This document shows positions 1 through 13,221 of a stretch of DNA of 64,000 nt, piece by piece. The position numbers and the translations under genes were made by a program. Within the stretch, counting starts at the first letter, position 1. The number at the start of each line of letters is the position of its first letter. The notes beneath the pieces are model-generated. The model was given only the letters and a program-made list of their open reading frames with translations. It did not search any database and was not told where the DNA came from. The stretch is taken from assembly GCA_965178125.1 (NCBI GenBank), contig OZ237757.1, positions 124,001 through 188,000 on the forward strand, written 5' to 3'. This DNA comes from Bilabrum cf. latius. Lineage: Eukaryota.

Positions 1-1382
1 CCCCCTCCATGACCCGCCGCCTGCATGGCAGCGGGGGCCCAGGGCGGCAGCTCGGCGTGTGCTGCGGCCCACTGCAGGGACATGCGCGCCCTGGCTGATT
101 TCTCCACCTGGTTGCGGAACATGTCCGCGCGGCGCCTCAGGTCGGCATCGTGCGCTTGTGCCTGACTCTCAATTTCCCGCGCGTCAACCGATGCAGTCCC
201 CCCGGCCTGTGCTTCCCTACTGCTGCCGTGCCCACCACTCCTCCCCTGTTGACCCCCCTCGGCGCTGAGCCACTGCCCCGCATCCACCTTTTCGTCGTGC
301 CGTACTGCCTCAAGCAGGGTGAATAGAATACCGTTGTCTTGATCCGTGCCTGACTCCTGCTCCCTTGCAGACATCACACGGTCCCAGCATGGCCCGCACG
401 GCTGCCAGTCCATCCCAGCACCAGCACCAGCACCAGCACCAGCAAGTGAACCAGCACCAGCACCAGCACCAGCACCAGCACCAGCACCAGCACCAGCACC
501 AGCACCAGCACCAGCACCAGCACCAGCACCAGCATCAGCACCAGCACCAGCACCAGCACCAGTACCAGCACCAGCACCAGCACCAGCACCAGCCTTCCCA
601 AGACTTTCCGCTCCCTCAGGCTCAGGCCTGTCGCTGCCTACAGATCCACTGTCATACAGCAGTTGATCATCTCCCCACGCACCCTCTAGCACCACCCCGC
701 GGGCCCCTCTCTCCCGCCAGCCCGCGCTGCCACTCGCTGGTCCATGGTGATGACCCACGCTCGCCCGAAGGAGGGCCCGTCTGGCGGCGCGGAAAGGAGC
801 TGTGCCCGCCCAGACGCTTCGATTTGCAAGGCGTTCCGAATCCCTACTGTGAACGGTACCAATAGCAACACGGAGGGCGATGCCGAGCACGGCAAACTCT
901 GGCACCGGGAGAGCGAGCATCCGGTCCAGCAGGGCGAGGCGATTCTCGGGACAGTCCAGGCAGCTTTGCCGCATCATGTGCCGACGATGCATGACGGAAG
1001 AACCTGCCAGGACCCATGCCACCATCTTGGGTCCACCGAGTGCCTCAAGGCCTGTCTTGTTGCGCAGTTGCGACACACAAAGCGATGACTTTGCAGCGAG
1101 AGCATCTGCCAATGTATGCATGGTGCTCATGCCTTGAAACAAGAGCTATGTTGCGTGGGTAGAGCTGGCTTGCGCAGGGCAAACTACTGTTGCACACACG
1201 TCCTGCCAGCAAAGGCTAAGCTCCTTCCACCAATCTAAAATGTGACAGACGGTCTCCCTGGAGCAAAACGAGGGCGTATCATGACCAACACAGAATGGAT
1301 AGAAACATACGTCATTCATTGCCCAGGGAGCGTTTCGTACGCTCCACACAAAGGGAAAATATGGCCATCTCAACGAATCCAT
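1..1382 (-). CDS. Hypothetical protein with a long Gly-Ala dipeptide tract; runs off the window start (partial)
   Basis: ORF 1146..1397 ends in TAG (1146-1148), but the same frame then stays open to position 1 (QLLFQGMSTMHTLADAL...LGKAGAGAG...). Start is uncertain (ATG 1382 or 1319). No family recognised. Confidence 0.65.
415..591. repeat. (CCAGCA)n hexamer microsatellite, about 29 units with a few variant units; encodes (Gly-Ala)n on the minus strand
   Basis: Seen directly. It lies in the open minus-strand frame as GGT GCT repeats. Confidence 0.95.
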
Positions 1383-1453
1383 GCAATTGCAGCGCACTGC
1401 CGCACACCAAGAACATTTGGTCCAACGTCATATTTGGTTGTTTCTGCCTCACG

Positions 1454-2926
1454 ATGCGAGCCAAACTAAGTATTCTTGCATCAGCTTGCTTTATTGCCCA
1501 AGTATGGTCCATGGGAAGCAGTTTTGCTTCGCCATCGTTCGACATGCCTGACCTGCCGGAGTGGTACGACGCACGGATCCAGTCGCGCCGAATCAGCGCC
1601 AAGCAGGCCGCTGATGATGGCAAGGCATTTGCAATTGTGATTGATGCTGGCAGTACTGGAAGTAGGTTGCATGTGTACACGTGGAAGCCAGATTCCTCCG
1701 AGCATCTGCCTGCCAACCTGTCTACCCCCGTCGAAGAAACTCAAGACACCTACAGCGTAAAGCCGGGCATCGGCTCCGATGGCGGTCTAGACGCGCTGCA
1801 GACACTCCTGGATTACGCGCAGCAGAACACGACCCTGAAGGATATGAAGGACCTCTGGCCAGACATTCCGATTTTCCTCAAGGCCACTGCTGGCATGCGC
1901 ATCCTCCCTCGGGCCGAGAGGGAGAGCATCATGACCCAGGTGAGGGACAAGCTGAAGGCCACTGGATTCGAGTGGGTCTGCAGCTCCCAGGCCCGCGTGA
2001 TCAGCGGCGAGGAGGAGGGCGTCTTCGGGTGGATCACCGTGAACGCCCTGCAGAAGCGGTTGCAACCGGGACACATCCACGCCCTGGCCGACACCGTCGG
2101 GGCCATGGACCTCGGGGGCGCCTCCACGCAGATCACCTTCCGTCCCCAGTCTCCCGACATTTTGGCGGGCCTGTTCAACCTGCAGCTGGGCATGCAGATC
2201 AACGAGGACCTGTACACCCACTCCTTCCTCTACTTTGGCCAGAACGAGGCAATCCGGAGGCTCCTGCAGGTTAGCCTCTACCAGCAGCCGGGTGCCAGCA
2301 CCATCAAGAGCCCCTGCTACTACAAAGGCCTCTCCTTCGACTTCTATGACGCAGCGTCGGGCCGCAACGTGACGGTCGAAGGCGACGGCAGCTTTGAGCA
2401 GTGCGCCGGTTTGGCCACCGTGCTCATGGACAAGGACGCGACCTGCCTCACGGACTCGGCCCCGCGCTTCGGGGCCGCGGGTGGTGTGACGAGTGCGGCC
2501 CGGTCCGTGTCCCCCCCACCGATCAACCCCAAGGAGGGGGGCGCCTCTTGCAGCATCGGGGGCACGTACCAGCCCGCGCTCGGCGACTCGCCGTTCGTGG
2601 CGTTCAGCGCGTTCAGCTACCTGTGGGGCTTCCTCAAGCTCCCGTTTCAGGGAACGGACATGGACGCTCTGGAGGACGCCGTGCAGGTCCTGTGCGGGAC
2701 CAGCTGGGAGCAGGTGCAGAAGTAGAACCCGGGTGTGCCGGCGGAGTACCTGAGCCAGTACTGCGCCACCGGGACCTTCGCGCACTCGCTGTTTACCGAG
2801 GGGTACGGCATTGCCGGGGCCAGTACGCAGGTGATCGTGGCTGACCCAGCCGGGGCTGGGGCGGACTATGGCTGGACGCTTGGCTCGATCTACTTTGACG
2901 CCAACGCGGCGTGGAGGCTCAGGTGA
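1454..2926 (+). CDS. GDA1/CD39-family NTPDase (apyrase) with an N-terminal signal peptide
   Basis: Apyrase conserved regions are present: IDAGSTGSR (ACR1), ATAGMR (ACR2), GEEEGVFGWITVN (ACR3), DLGGASTQ (ACR4). ACR5 (GWTLG) lies downstream of an in-frame TAG at 2723-2725. Ends at TGA 2924-2926. Confidence 0.92.
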
Positions 2927-3303
2927 GCGAGCGAGCGGCTTGTTGTTCAGTGGCTCTAGACGGCTCGTTGGCTATGCCTTGGATCGCTCGGCTCGAAATC
3001 ACGGAGTGTCGCTGGCACCACCTTTGAACCGGTCTCGCGGCGTGGAGGGCCGACTAGGCCGTGCGAGGTGGCGTGTATGCTTGCTTGATGACATCCATGT
3101 GCGTGTGTGAATCGTGCTTGCGTTAAGCGTCGGATACCTGCTACTGCGTCCAAGTGAATCATCAGCGCGCACCGACTGCCACACTTGTAAGGACGCAGCA
3201 CAGCGTGGCGAAGGCTAGGCCCTAGGCCCGGGTTCCCGGTTCCGGAGCCATATTGTTCAAGTGCCGTTTGCTTGGCTGGCCGCAGACACGATTCCCTCGT
3301 AAC

Positions 3304-4653
3304 ATGGCGGGTGCAGGTGCAAGTGAAAGCAAAGAATCAATGGCAGAGGGATCATTCATGACAGATTTGGCGCGACAGCCCGACAAAGCTGCAGACGACG
3401 AGGCAGGGGAGACGAAGTCCAGCGATGGTTTGGTTGACGGAGCTGTAGATGAGGTCCCCATCAAGGCAGCCGATGCGCCGCAGGCGGATGCACCAGATGA
3501 CTCGCGACCTGATTTTCCATCCTCTTTGCTTGACGAGCCCTCGATGGCGGAATCACAGGAACCTTTCACGTTTCGACGCGTGGCTGATTTTGGCCTTTCA
3601 TTTTTGGAAAGCAGCGAGGGCAAGGAGTACTGGAAGAAATGGGGACTCGCGCCATACGTACAAACATATAGATTTGAATTCGCTGAGCGCTTCGAGGACG
3701 ATGCCGAGGGGCACCTGCGCAGCAAACGAGCAGCAGAGGCAGTCGAGGCCGGGACGACCGTCGCGGGCGCAGCCCTCGGCGGAATCGAGCTAGCTGACGC
3801 GAACGAAGAGACCTCTGGCAAGGCCGCTGATTTCTTGCTGTCATTGATGCGGTCTCCGGCGCTTCACGCAGCCCTTCGCGTGCCCTCGTCGTCGTCCTCC
3901 GCGGCCGCTGGTGGCAGCGGCTCCGGTTCGGCTGCTGCAGCAGCCGGATCAGGGCTGTCTGGAGTGCCTGGGGGCGTCCGTTTCGAGAGGCTGCGCTGCA
4001 CTTAGACGAGTCTTTCTTTCTTGGACCGCCTGCAGGAGGAAGGCCTCGTGTACCAGGACGGGACAGTGGCTCGTTGCCTGCCCCAGCAAGCAGGGGGGGT
4101 GGAGGTGCAGGACCGTCTGCGTGCTTGCCTCGCGGACGAAGAGGGGGAGGATTGGGGCCTGTTCGGGGAGGAGGAGAGAAGGGAGCTGCTGCTGCACCTG
4201 CTGACCGACGTGGCGGTGGGCGGTGGCATGTGCCAATGGGAGGACAACTGGGAGCCGTATCTGCAGGCGGCTCGTGCCCTATACAAGGACCTCGTTCGAG
4301 TGACGAGGGCGGCGGACACGGGCGATATCAAGGTGGTGACCCGCGCTTTCCTGCTCAAGGGGCTGCTGGGCGAGTCGGCTCCTGCTGTGGAGGCGGAGGC
4401 GGCAGGTGCTGGTGCTGGTGAGGCCACAGGAGATGACAAACGGGGCAAATCAGACGACAAGGAAACAGACGGTACAGCCACAACTAAGACGAAGAAGAAG
4501 AGGAGGAGAAGGAGAGACCGGAAGCCAGCGGGTCCTCCCCCGGGGCCTGCCTTGTTCCCTGGAGACAGCCCTCACAACCGGATGGTGGTGACGGTGGACC
4601 CCAAGAAGAGAATCGCCACGGTGTACTACTCACCCTTCACGTCGTGGTGGTGA
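3304..4653 (+). CDS. CFAP300: Cilia- and flagella-associated protein 300 (C11orf70) homolog, dynein arm assembly
   Basis: Motifs KKWGL, CT*TSLSFLDRL, GGGMCQWEDNWEPYL, LYKDLVRV, VDPKKR match the recalled family consensus. The two track ORFs join in frame across TAG 4003-4005. Ends at TGA. Confidence 0.85.
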
Positions 4654-4790
4654 AGCCTGGTGGCTGCGCTGCAACCTGACAGGGGCACCGTTCTGGAATC
4701 TTGATTTCTGATCCGGCAGCCTTCTTGTCCAGCATGCCCCATTCCGGTTGAAATCATGTATGCAGCACACCAAGCCTCAGACCCCCCTGC

Positions 4791-6554
4791 TCACAGCTCA
4801 TCGTCGTCCTCGTCCTCGTCCTCGCCCTCGCCCCCTTCCTTAAGCTCAGGGACCGCTGCATCCTTAGCCTCCGATGCGCCGACTCCTGCCGCATCACTCG
4901 TCACACCACTGCCGCCCCGCAGCACCTCGGCAGGCGGCTCATCCGCCCCATCGGTTGCAGAGGCGACTTCCCCCGGCCCCGCCACCCACATGCCCGCCAG
5001 AGCCTCCTCCTCGCCCTCAACAGCAGCCGAGCCATCGCCTCGCAGGACAGCCCGAGCCACCCGCTCTCCCCGGGGGATCACCCCCCAGTGCGGGGACATG
5101 GCCAGCTTGTGCCACCCGAAGTCTTTCACGTCGAACCACGTCCTCCTCCTCGCGCTGCCGCCCGCACCCTCCACCTGCTCCCCCGCTGCACCCCCGAGAC
5201 CAGCGCCGGCACCGCTGCTCGCAGCTTCGCCGGCACGCGCGCCCGCACTGCTGCTGGCCTCTCCATCCGTTCTGCTGCTGCTATCGCTGCCTTCCTCAGC
5301 CCCCGCAGTCCTCCCAGCTGGTGCATGCAGGCCAGCAGCTCTCAGATCCGCTAGCACCTGGCCCGCCTCCTCCACTTTGCCCACCCCCGCGATCCTCTGA
5401 GCCTCTGTTACCCTCTCCTCCACTTTGCCCACACCCCGGGCCCATGCCTCCGTGTACCTAAGCGAATACGGCGCGAATCTGAGCTCGTCACAGTGCTCGA
5501 TGATCGGACCAGAAGCCGTCCGCACGAAAAAGTCGCATCGAGTGCTCCTGTGCAGCCTGATCTATCTTGCTCCCAGCTAAAGCACGCAGTCCTTGCAATC
5601 GTGCAGAAGCACCGACCCGCTCACGGGCCGCGCCCACACGCGGCACCCCACGAGCCCATCCACCCTAAGTGCACGCAACCCCGTGGCCCTAATCACCACG
5701 GTGCAGCCCACGAGCCCCACCAGCCGAACGTCGCCCCCGTCCCCCCCTCCGACGTCCTCCTGCCTCACCTGCACGCAGGCGCCCTCCAGGCCCCGCACCA
5801 CGTGCTCCTCACCGGCCTCGCTGGCCATGGCGCGGAGTCGGGCATCGGCTGCAGTGGCCGCTGCGCTTGATACTGTGACGGTGGGCTTGCCCGACGGATC
5901 GGGTCCTCCGGGAGCAGCCGCGCCCCCTGCCGCCGCTGATGCCCCTGATGCGCCGCTGCCGCTGCCCGCAGCCGGGGTCTTCTTCTGCTGCTTGCGGCGA
6001 CCAAACGCAAAGCGCTTCCTGGGAAGAATGCGGGCTCGGACTTCCTACGACTGCTTGTCGACTGCATCAAAGAGCTGCCCCGCATGCTCGGCGTCGTACG
6101 GCGGCAGGAACACGGTGCTGTCGGCGAGCAGCTTACGGGCCTTGGACAGCTGCTCCGTCCACTGGTCGACGAATGCCTGGCAGTCCGATTGGGGCGCACC
6201 GTTTCCCTTTGCCTCCTCAGCTTTCTCCAAAACGGATTTCACGGAGTCGACTGCGGCGTGGAACTATTCCCAGAACGCATCGACACGGGACACGATGCCA
6301 TCGCCGGACGCCCGGATCTCGTCTCTCCGCGCGGACCGTTCCGCGTTCTTGGCATCAAGCCTCGCAAAAACCACTTTTCGCTTATCCTCCTGCGAGATGG
6401 GATACATCAATGCAAGAGCACACTGTGTTGGTTGTTGGATGGCCGTACAGATCGGCCTCGCAGCTCATAAGCGCTAAATAAGTTCAGTAAAAAGGCGTAT
6501 ATCAGATGCAAAGCGTGTGACATGTATTTACGTACTCACCCAGGTGGATGCCAT
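4791..6554 (-). CDS. TBCC: Tubulin-binding cofactor C; complement(join(4791..6389,6540..6554))
   Basis: N-terminal domain ends in PRKRFAF. C-CAP domain reads GSVLLHDCKDCVL*LGAR*IRLH...GPIIEHC..RFAPY, followed by VKDFGW. In-frame TAGs at 6264, 6045, 5577, 5562. Intron is GTGAG...CGCAG (6539-6390). Ends at TGA. Confidence 0.9.
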
Positions 6555-6764
6555 CACTAATACTAGCAGGGGACGACCGTTCTGAGGAAGCAAAGTTTTG
6601 GAATTCAAGCCGGTTTTGTAAGGTGTGACTTCGATAAATCTAGCCGTTCACGCGGGCACCTGGCGAGCAGGTGCCTGGAGGCCAATATACCAGCCATCAG
6701 GAAGGCATATCTCTAATTCACGCCGATATTTGACAAAAAAGGTGCTTAAATTATATTATCGTCC

Positions 6765-9700
6765 ATGCGTATCGTTATTGTACACCAGCCGAAGGTGCTG
6801 AAGCGACGGCGGCTTGCTGACGTGCGACTCGTGCAGCGCTTGTTCCGAGCTGTTGGTCAGGGGGATGCAAGCTGCCAGTGCGTTAGTACCAATAAACTAT
6901 AGCCTTATGTGTATAGGAAGGGCACCGCATGCACGGATTTTGCGGCCGTGGAACGATTCGAACGGGTTGACGCGTTTTTCTGCTTCGGCAACCCGCACTC
7001 CGTCCCATGGAGCCGCGAGCTGTGGCTTCTGCAGATGCTGGTTGTCCAATGCATCCGATTTTCCAAACCATTCGTTGGCGTCGAGCTGGGCGCCAACGCG
7101 CTGGCGTACTCGCTGGCTGTCGGCGACAGCTTGTACGATGTCATGAACGGAGGCAGCCGCAAGGAGGGCTCGGACGGCTCCAGCGCTGGAGAAAGAAGCC
7201 GAGCAGCAGAGAAAGCCAAGTCTATCGCAGCGCGGCAGGCAGATGCACTCGGTCCTCAGGACCCCTGGCTCCCGGTGTTTCTCTGCGACAGGACGGGCGA
7301 CCTCAGCGTGCACAGGGGGAGGCGCCTGCCCGCCGCCTTGAAGCCCGCCGCGGGGAGCAGCAAGGGCGGCCCCGCGCTGGGAGCATGGGAGCCTCTCACC
7401 TCCACCTCCCTCCGCCGCTGGGACAAGTACCCGGCGGACAGATCCGAGGAGGCTGCCGCGCAGACGAGGCCACCCGGGGACCGGGCCCGGCAGCTGGAGG
7501 CCGCGGGGGCCTGTGACCCGGGGCAGGTAGCGGTGGAGCTGAAGCCGGGGGCGGGGATGGAGGCTGGGATAGCCGCGGGGGTGGAGGGGTCGTACTTCCG
7601 GGTTGTGAGCAGGTGCCCCTGGCGGTTGGACGTGCGCCGCCTGCTTCCCCGGGCCCCGTCCCTTCAGGTTCTGGCCGAAGCGATCGAGAGGCGGGGTGCC
7701 CTGGTGTGGCGCGTGGGATCTTGCATGGCAGTGCAGGCGGACGTGCTGGAGGAGGCCACGGGGGGCACCGAGCTGCAGGCGATGATCAGGGAACACATCG
7801 GGATGGTCGTGGATGCGGCGAGTAGGCGGGGCACTGTGGGCGAGGCTGCCGCTGCCATGGCGGCTGGCGGGGTGGGCGGATCCCAGGCGGGTGAGACGCT
7901 GCCCGTGGCGGCTGCACCCGTCGAGCTCATGGCCTTTAGAGGGGCGGCGAGAAAGGAAGAGGAGGATGACGACAACTCGACGGATGGGGAAGGGGATGCG
8001 GGACGTGGCCTTGGGCATGCGGCGGGCGCGGGGCATGGAGTCAGGGTGAGGAGGAAACCCAGGCTCAGCGACACTCGTGGTGGCCAGAGCCGTGGCAGCA
8101 CTGCGCGCAAGCTTGGAGGTGTGAGCCGATCGCGACCCGCCACTGCGGCCCGCATGCGGCGCCCTGGCTCGGCGGCGCGGCCGGGGCACGGGGGCGCGCT
8201 GCCTCGGGGAACTGGGACATCGGCCTCGACCTCCAGGCATCGGCCTGGGTCGGCTGTGCATCGGTCGCGTGCTGCGCTGGGAGGTGTTCCAGGGGGACCA
8301 GGGGGGAAGGGTGAGAGGACAGAGTCCCCATTGCGGGAGGGGAACCCCTGGGGGTTCCTGCAGGGGACCCAGGGGAATGCGACCAGTACCGCGGGCGGCA
8401 GCACGGGCTTGCCATCGCTGCCTCAACCCAGGGGAGGAGGAAGAGGTGCTGAGCTGGGGGCCGACACGAACGGCGGGAGGGTCCGTGGGGAGTCAGGTGC
8501 ATCGCACGCAGGTGCATCCACCAGCCCCGGATCGACGGGGTGGGACCAGGACCATGGTCAGCGGCTGGACTCACCAGAGTTCGAGTACGGCCGGGAGTCC
8601 CCCTGGCATGCCCAGGGAACAAGAGACGGAGGCATGCTGCTGTTCCCATGGGACGAGCAGCAGCGGAGGGTGGGTGGTGGGGCAGACACAGACACCGGCC
8701 TCTCCCGCCCCCGCACCTCCCAGGGCAGCGTCCTCCTGGCCACCGCGCGGGCCAGGAGGAGGCCCTCCAAGAAAGAGGCCGTCAGGGCCGTCGTGCAGAG
8801 GGCCGGGCCCCTCAACCGCGCGGGGGCCTCTGCGGAACCGACCCGCCGCGGCGCCAAGCACCTCGTCTCCCGGATGGGCCTATCCCGGGGCGCCCTCGAC
8901 GCTGGCGCGGGGCGGGCCCTGGAGACGGAGAGGAGGGCCCGGGAACTGGCCCACCGGTTCGAAAGGGTGGCGGTGGTGCCTCCGAGGGAGCGGGCGAGGG
9001 CCTGGGATGACCCCACCATGGGGGCGCTGGAGCGGTTCAGCGACGCGGCGAGCGTGGGGGAGGTGCTCCGGAGGGCCGACGAGGAGGTGGGCGGGGCTGC
9101 GAGGGAGGCGGAGCGGGCCGCCGCGGTGCTGGGCAAGGTGCAGCGGCAGAAGCAGGAGAGGAGGAAGAGGCGGAGGAGGGAGGAGGCCCGGCAGAAGGCC
9201 CGCAGGCAGGAGGCAAGGAGGGCCAGGGAACAACGGGAGGCGGAGAGGAGGGGACGTGGCCCGCTTGGCATGACGGGACAGCTACTGAAGGACCAGGGGC
9301 TCAGGGAAGCGGCTCTGCGAACCGAGCAGGAGGAGGCTGCCAGGCGCACGGGAGGGGCATCGGGCGCAGAGGGAGCGACCGAGTCCAAGGAACAAAGCGA
9401 GCCTTCGTCTTCCTCCTTGGCCTCCCGGCCCGAGTCCGCGTGGGCCTTTGTGGACCAGGAAGCGCTGGGGGGCGACACCATGCTGACGGCGGTGGCCAAG
9501 CGGCTGGGGGCGGCGGGCGCCGGGGCAGGGGACCCCGAGAGGGCCGCCTCCGCGGGGTGGCAGGGCCAGGGAACAAGGGACCGGGGAGCAGGCACCAACC
9601 AAAGACAACAGTCGGATGACCCCGAGTGGCACCGCCGTGCAGTGCAGGATGGGAGGCGGGATGCCATGAGGCGGGGCCCGAGGCACTCCGAGACTGTCAG

Positions 9701-10457
9701 CCTAAAGACGAGGGGCCAAGGGATTCGGAGCCCGGAGGGCAAGTACCACAAGGTGGTGGCCAAAGAGGCGAAGGATCTCCAGGAGGCGATGCAGGGGCAC
9801 GGCGGGGGCGTCACAAGGTCCGTGCGTGTCTCGGGGCCGTATCTGGAGGCCTATCGCCAGGAGCGGCAGAAGGACCTGGAGGCGAGGAGGAGGGCCATCG
9901 GGGGGACCTTCCACGCTGGGGGGACGAGGGGGGGGGCCTTGAGGGAGGAGGAGAAGCAGTACAAGGGCATCAGGGTGGGCAAAGGGGAGTCATACCTGGG
10001 CAAACCGGGCTCGATCCCAGTCGCGCCACGGTTCCGGGAGGAGCGGCCCGACCGTTGGGTCGCGGGGCCCGGCCGCAACTTCACGGCACGGCCCAGGGAC
10101 GGGACGGGGGGCAGGCTCGCGAGGCCTCGGTTCGGAGCTGCTTCTCCTCATGGGACGGGGACGGGGGCGGGGATGGGGCCTGGAGGCAGCATATCCAGCA
10201 GGGGCAGGGGCAGGGCGGGGTTCGGCGGTCTGGCGGGCGGGGGCAGGGGCCCTCTGTCCCCCGCGGCCACCGCCACCCTCCGGTCGGGAGGGCGGTCTGC
10301 CACGGCCCTGGGGCTGCACGAGGCCACCACGGTGCCGTTCTACGAGGTGGGCGGGGGCGTGGGGCGGGCGCTGTACCAGCCCGTGGTGCCCGTGGGAGGG
10401 GTGCGGAGGGCTCGTCGGCTGGTGGCCAGGCAGGGGGGCGGGAAGTCTTCTCCATGA
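6765..10457 (+). CDS. Large low-complexity/coiled-coil hypothetical protein (about 1230 aa)
   Basis: The 1182-aa track ORF extends in frame through TAG 6900-6902 to ATG 6765 (MRIVIVHQPK). It has an R/E/A-rich coiled-coil segment. Ends at TGA. No family recognised. Confidence 0.7.
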
Positions 10458-11313
10458 GCGAGCGAAATAGTGTAGGTGGGTGCCGTCAGTGACGAGTGCC
10501 TGCCTCACGTACAGTCGAATGTGGAGTCGCTGGTATGGGTATGCTGGGCGAGTTTGTCGATCAGATGAGGCAGATCTGTAAGCCATCGGACTATGAAGGC
10601 TTGGCCGATCTGTTGAAGGAAGGCAGGCAGGCGAGACGTTTGCCATGATCCGTTGATCCGCATGGACGGCTGGAGCCCCCCCCCCCCAACACGACGAGTG
10701 AGAGTATGCAACGTAGGGGGGGGATGGGGGTTGCATTCGTACGAGCTTGCGCAAGGAGAGCTGGAGGCTTCCCTCGCTCTGATGCCTGATGCTCGACGGA
10801 GGCTGGCTGCTGCCAGTGAGGCAGCGCACTGCAACCATGCAACCATAGGCTGCCATCTCATCCTACATGGAGTGAGTGGCAGCTCCGCCGCCATGATGCC
10901 AAGCTTGCAGTTGGTAATCGCTATGGCCTGTGGCCGGATTCAGCTCACCCTGGCATACCTTTACTCAATGCTACACGTTGCGCTTTGGCAGAACCAGTCG
11001 CTGGCCATGTGTGCTTGCTGCTATACAACCAGTAGTGAAAGTATATAACATACTATATACATAATCACACGAAACATGGCCCGCCCGATCTACTTGCCAT
11101 CTGATAAACGGCGCGTTATCGAGCAGTGTCCACCGTAGCTGGGCACTTGCTCCAGCTGAACCACGGCTCCTCCGCCTGCGCCGGGAGACGCACCGCATGC
11201 CATCAAGCAGGCATGCGGTGCCCCAGCAACAGATTAAAACACATCAGTTAATGTCCTTCTTTGATTACCACCCCCGCCCGCCCTTCCCAGCCTGCTACGT
11301 GCAGCCGAAGAGG

Positions 11314-12680
11314 TTACAACCGGTTTGCGGCCGCGGCGGCCTGCGCGGTGGCGTGCTGCGCGTCCTTGACCCTCCTCTTGAACACCTCGAAGGCCAGCAT
11401 GCTGAACCCGAACAGGGGACCCACCACGGCCATGCGTGGGCCCAGGCCCCTCCAGAGGGCCTTGTGCCCGTCCTTGGCCACGGTCTTGGTGTAGCAGTCC
11501 CTCAGCCCAGTGTACCCCTGGCCCTTCTTGGCGCTCTGGATGCGCGTCTTCAGCACGTCCATCGGGGTGCACAGCCCGGAGGCGATGGCACCCGCCCCCG
11601 TGCCCGCAGCGAACACGGCCCCCAGCTCCACGGCCCCGGGCATCTCGCCCTTGGCGCCCCCGGCGAGCGCCCAGGCCGCGTGCGCCGTCTCCACCATGGC
11701 GTCCTTCGCGATGGCGTACCCAGGGAACATGACAACGGAGAAGGGGATGTCCCTCGCCAGCGTGGTCATGGACCCCGTGTACAGCCCCCTGAGACCCAGG
11801 TCCCGCACCACTTGCGCGGCGGACGGCGCCCCCATCTGCAGCCTGATCTTGACGATCTCCATCGGGTTGGTGGCGACCACCTGGGCAAGGCCCGCGCCCA
11901 CGCCCGCGGCCACCTGGTGTGCGAGCGGGAGGGGTGCCCCAGCGGGTGCCCCGGCCCTCCTGTTCCTCCTGGCGAATTCTTCTCTCAGCGAGTCGTTCAC
12001 GCCGAGCTTGATGGCCTTCTCGGGGAGCGCCCCTGCCAGCACGGCGGGGAGTCCTGCGGTAGAACGAACAGAGAGAAGCGATAATGGCGGGAAGAAATGG
12101 AAGAAAACGCACGGGAGGCTGTCAATCACGGCTCCACGACTTCGCATGGCTCGAAGGGGTGCTATCGCGGTGCACGGAGACGATTCTTGGCGGATGGGTC
12201 GTCGTCCTCGAGAGGAAGCTTGGCTGGCGGCACGAGCGAACGAAAACGCGCCTGTGCACTTCATAGGCATGCAATGCTTGCGCAGAGACGGCACGCATCG
12301 GCTGGCTGAGCTCCGCGCCATTGACGAGACAGGCAGGGAGGCGAAACTGGAGCAGCTCACCTCGGTAGAAAGCAAACGGTCCTCCTCTTGCCACTTCACG
12401 AATATTGGCCACGAGGCCCATGCCTGCAAGTTGAAAAGGTAGCACAGAGATTGCTATCGACAGCAGTGCGCAGACACAGCAGCAAGGGGACGCATGGCGC
12501 GCACTACACTTCTGCGTGTCGGTTTCACGGGGCTTCCGTTGAGGGCTCACCAGAGCTGGCTTGGAGCCTCGTCTTGATGACGTCGATCGGGAAGACCGCC
12601 GTCGTGCCCACGAATCCAGCTGCTGCTCCAACCATGAGCTTCAGGTGCAACGGAATCACTACTTCGGGCAACTGGGCAAC
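11314..12680 (-). CDS. Mitochondrial carrier (SLC25), glutamate or aspartate-glutamate carrier-like; exons 12680-12551, 12423-12361, 12053-11314
   Basis: Three carrier signatures (PIDVIKTRLQ, PMEIVKIRLQ, PMDVLKTRIQ) plus PEKAIKL and RDIPFS. Two phase-compatible GTGAG..CAG introns. Ends at TAA. The start exon is unresolved. Confidence 0.88.
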
Positions 12681-13221
12681 CTGCGGAGACAGCAGTGAGA
12701 AAACTCGGACGGCGCACCTCGGTCCCTTGCGCGGTACCAGACGATTTCTTGGCGATTCCTCGGGCCCAAGAAAATAATATTAGGGTTTATTTGACATAGA
12801 GCGGTCGCCACGTGTGATCACGAGCTTGTTGCAGATGCTGTTTGAAGCTGTACCCCAACGCAAGAACGATGACGGTACACATCTATTTGAACCAGCTGTC
12901 CGCGCACAGATAAGTCATATTGCTCACTGGTCCAACATTAGGTATCTTTGCGTATGCCATATTGTAGTTCTCGAGTGCAATCTCTGGTAAATGTGTGATT
13001 CTGCAGTACGAGCTGTCTGTCCGTGGCAGTAGTTCGTCTTCCGCCGAGCGAGCGAAAACCCCACCAGATGTCGGATTCATAACGCAACCCTTTCTCGGAA
13101 CACTCGTGCTCCTCTTTGGCCACCACTGTTCCGACGATGTTTGACGAACGTTCGATTTCAATAAAAGTTGCATGTGGGCCAAGAAAAGCATGAATCAATG
13201 TATCTTTTTCGTGTGTACTTG

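Noticed and set aside
346-865. Track ORFs encoding (PA)n, (HQ)n and (LV)n
   Set aside because: These are alternative frames of the CCAGCA microsatellite. The long open frame is the minus-strand (GA)n one.
6897-9814. Long antisense and alternative-frame ORFs (e.g. 6897..8426 -, 8558..9814 -, also 17611..19158 + and 45766..46968 -)
   Set aside because: These are shadow ORFs expected at high GC. They are R/P/G-rich, have no motifs, and overlap better-supported genes.
10460-11300. Short ORFs between the 1230-aa gene and the carrier
   Set aside because: No recognisable motifs or consistent splice model. Treated as intergenic or UTR.
12800-13220. Possible small gene or transposon relic upstream of the carrier
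   Set aside because: No recognisable domain, terminal repeats or target-site duplication.
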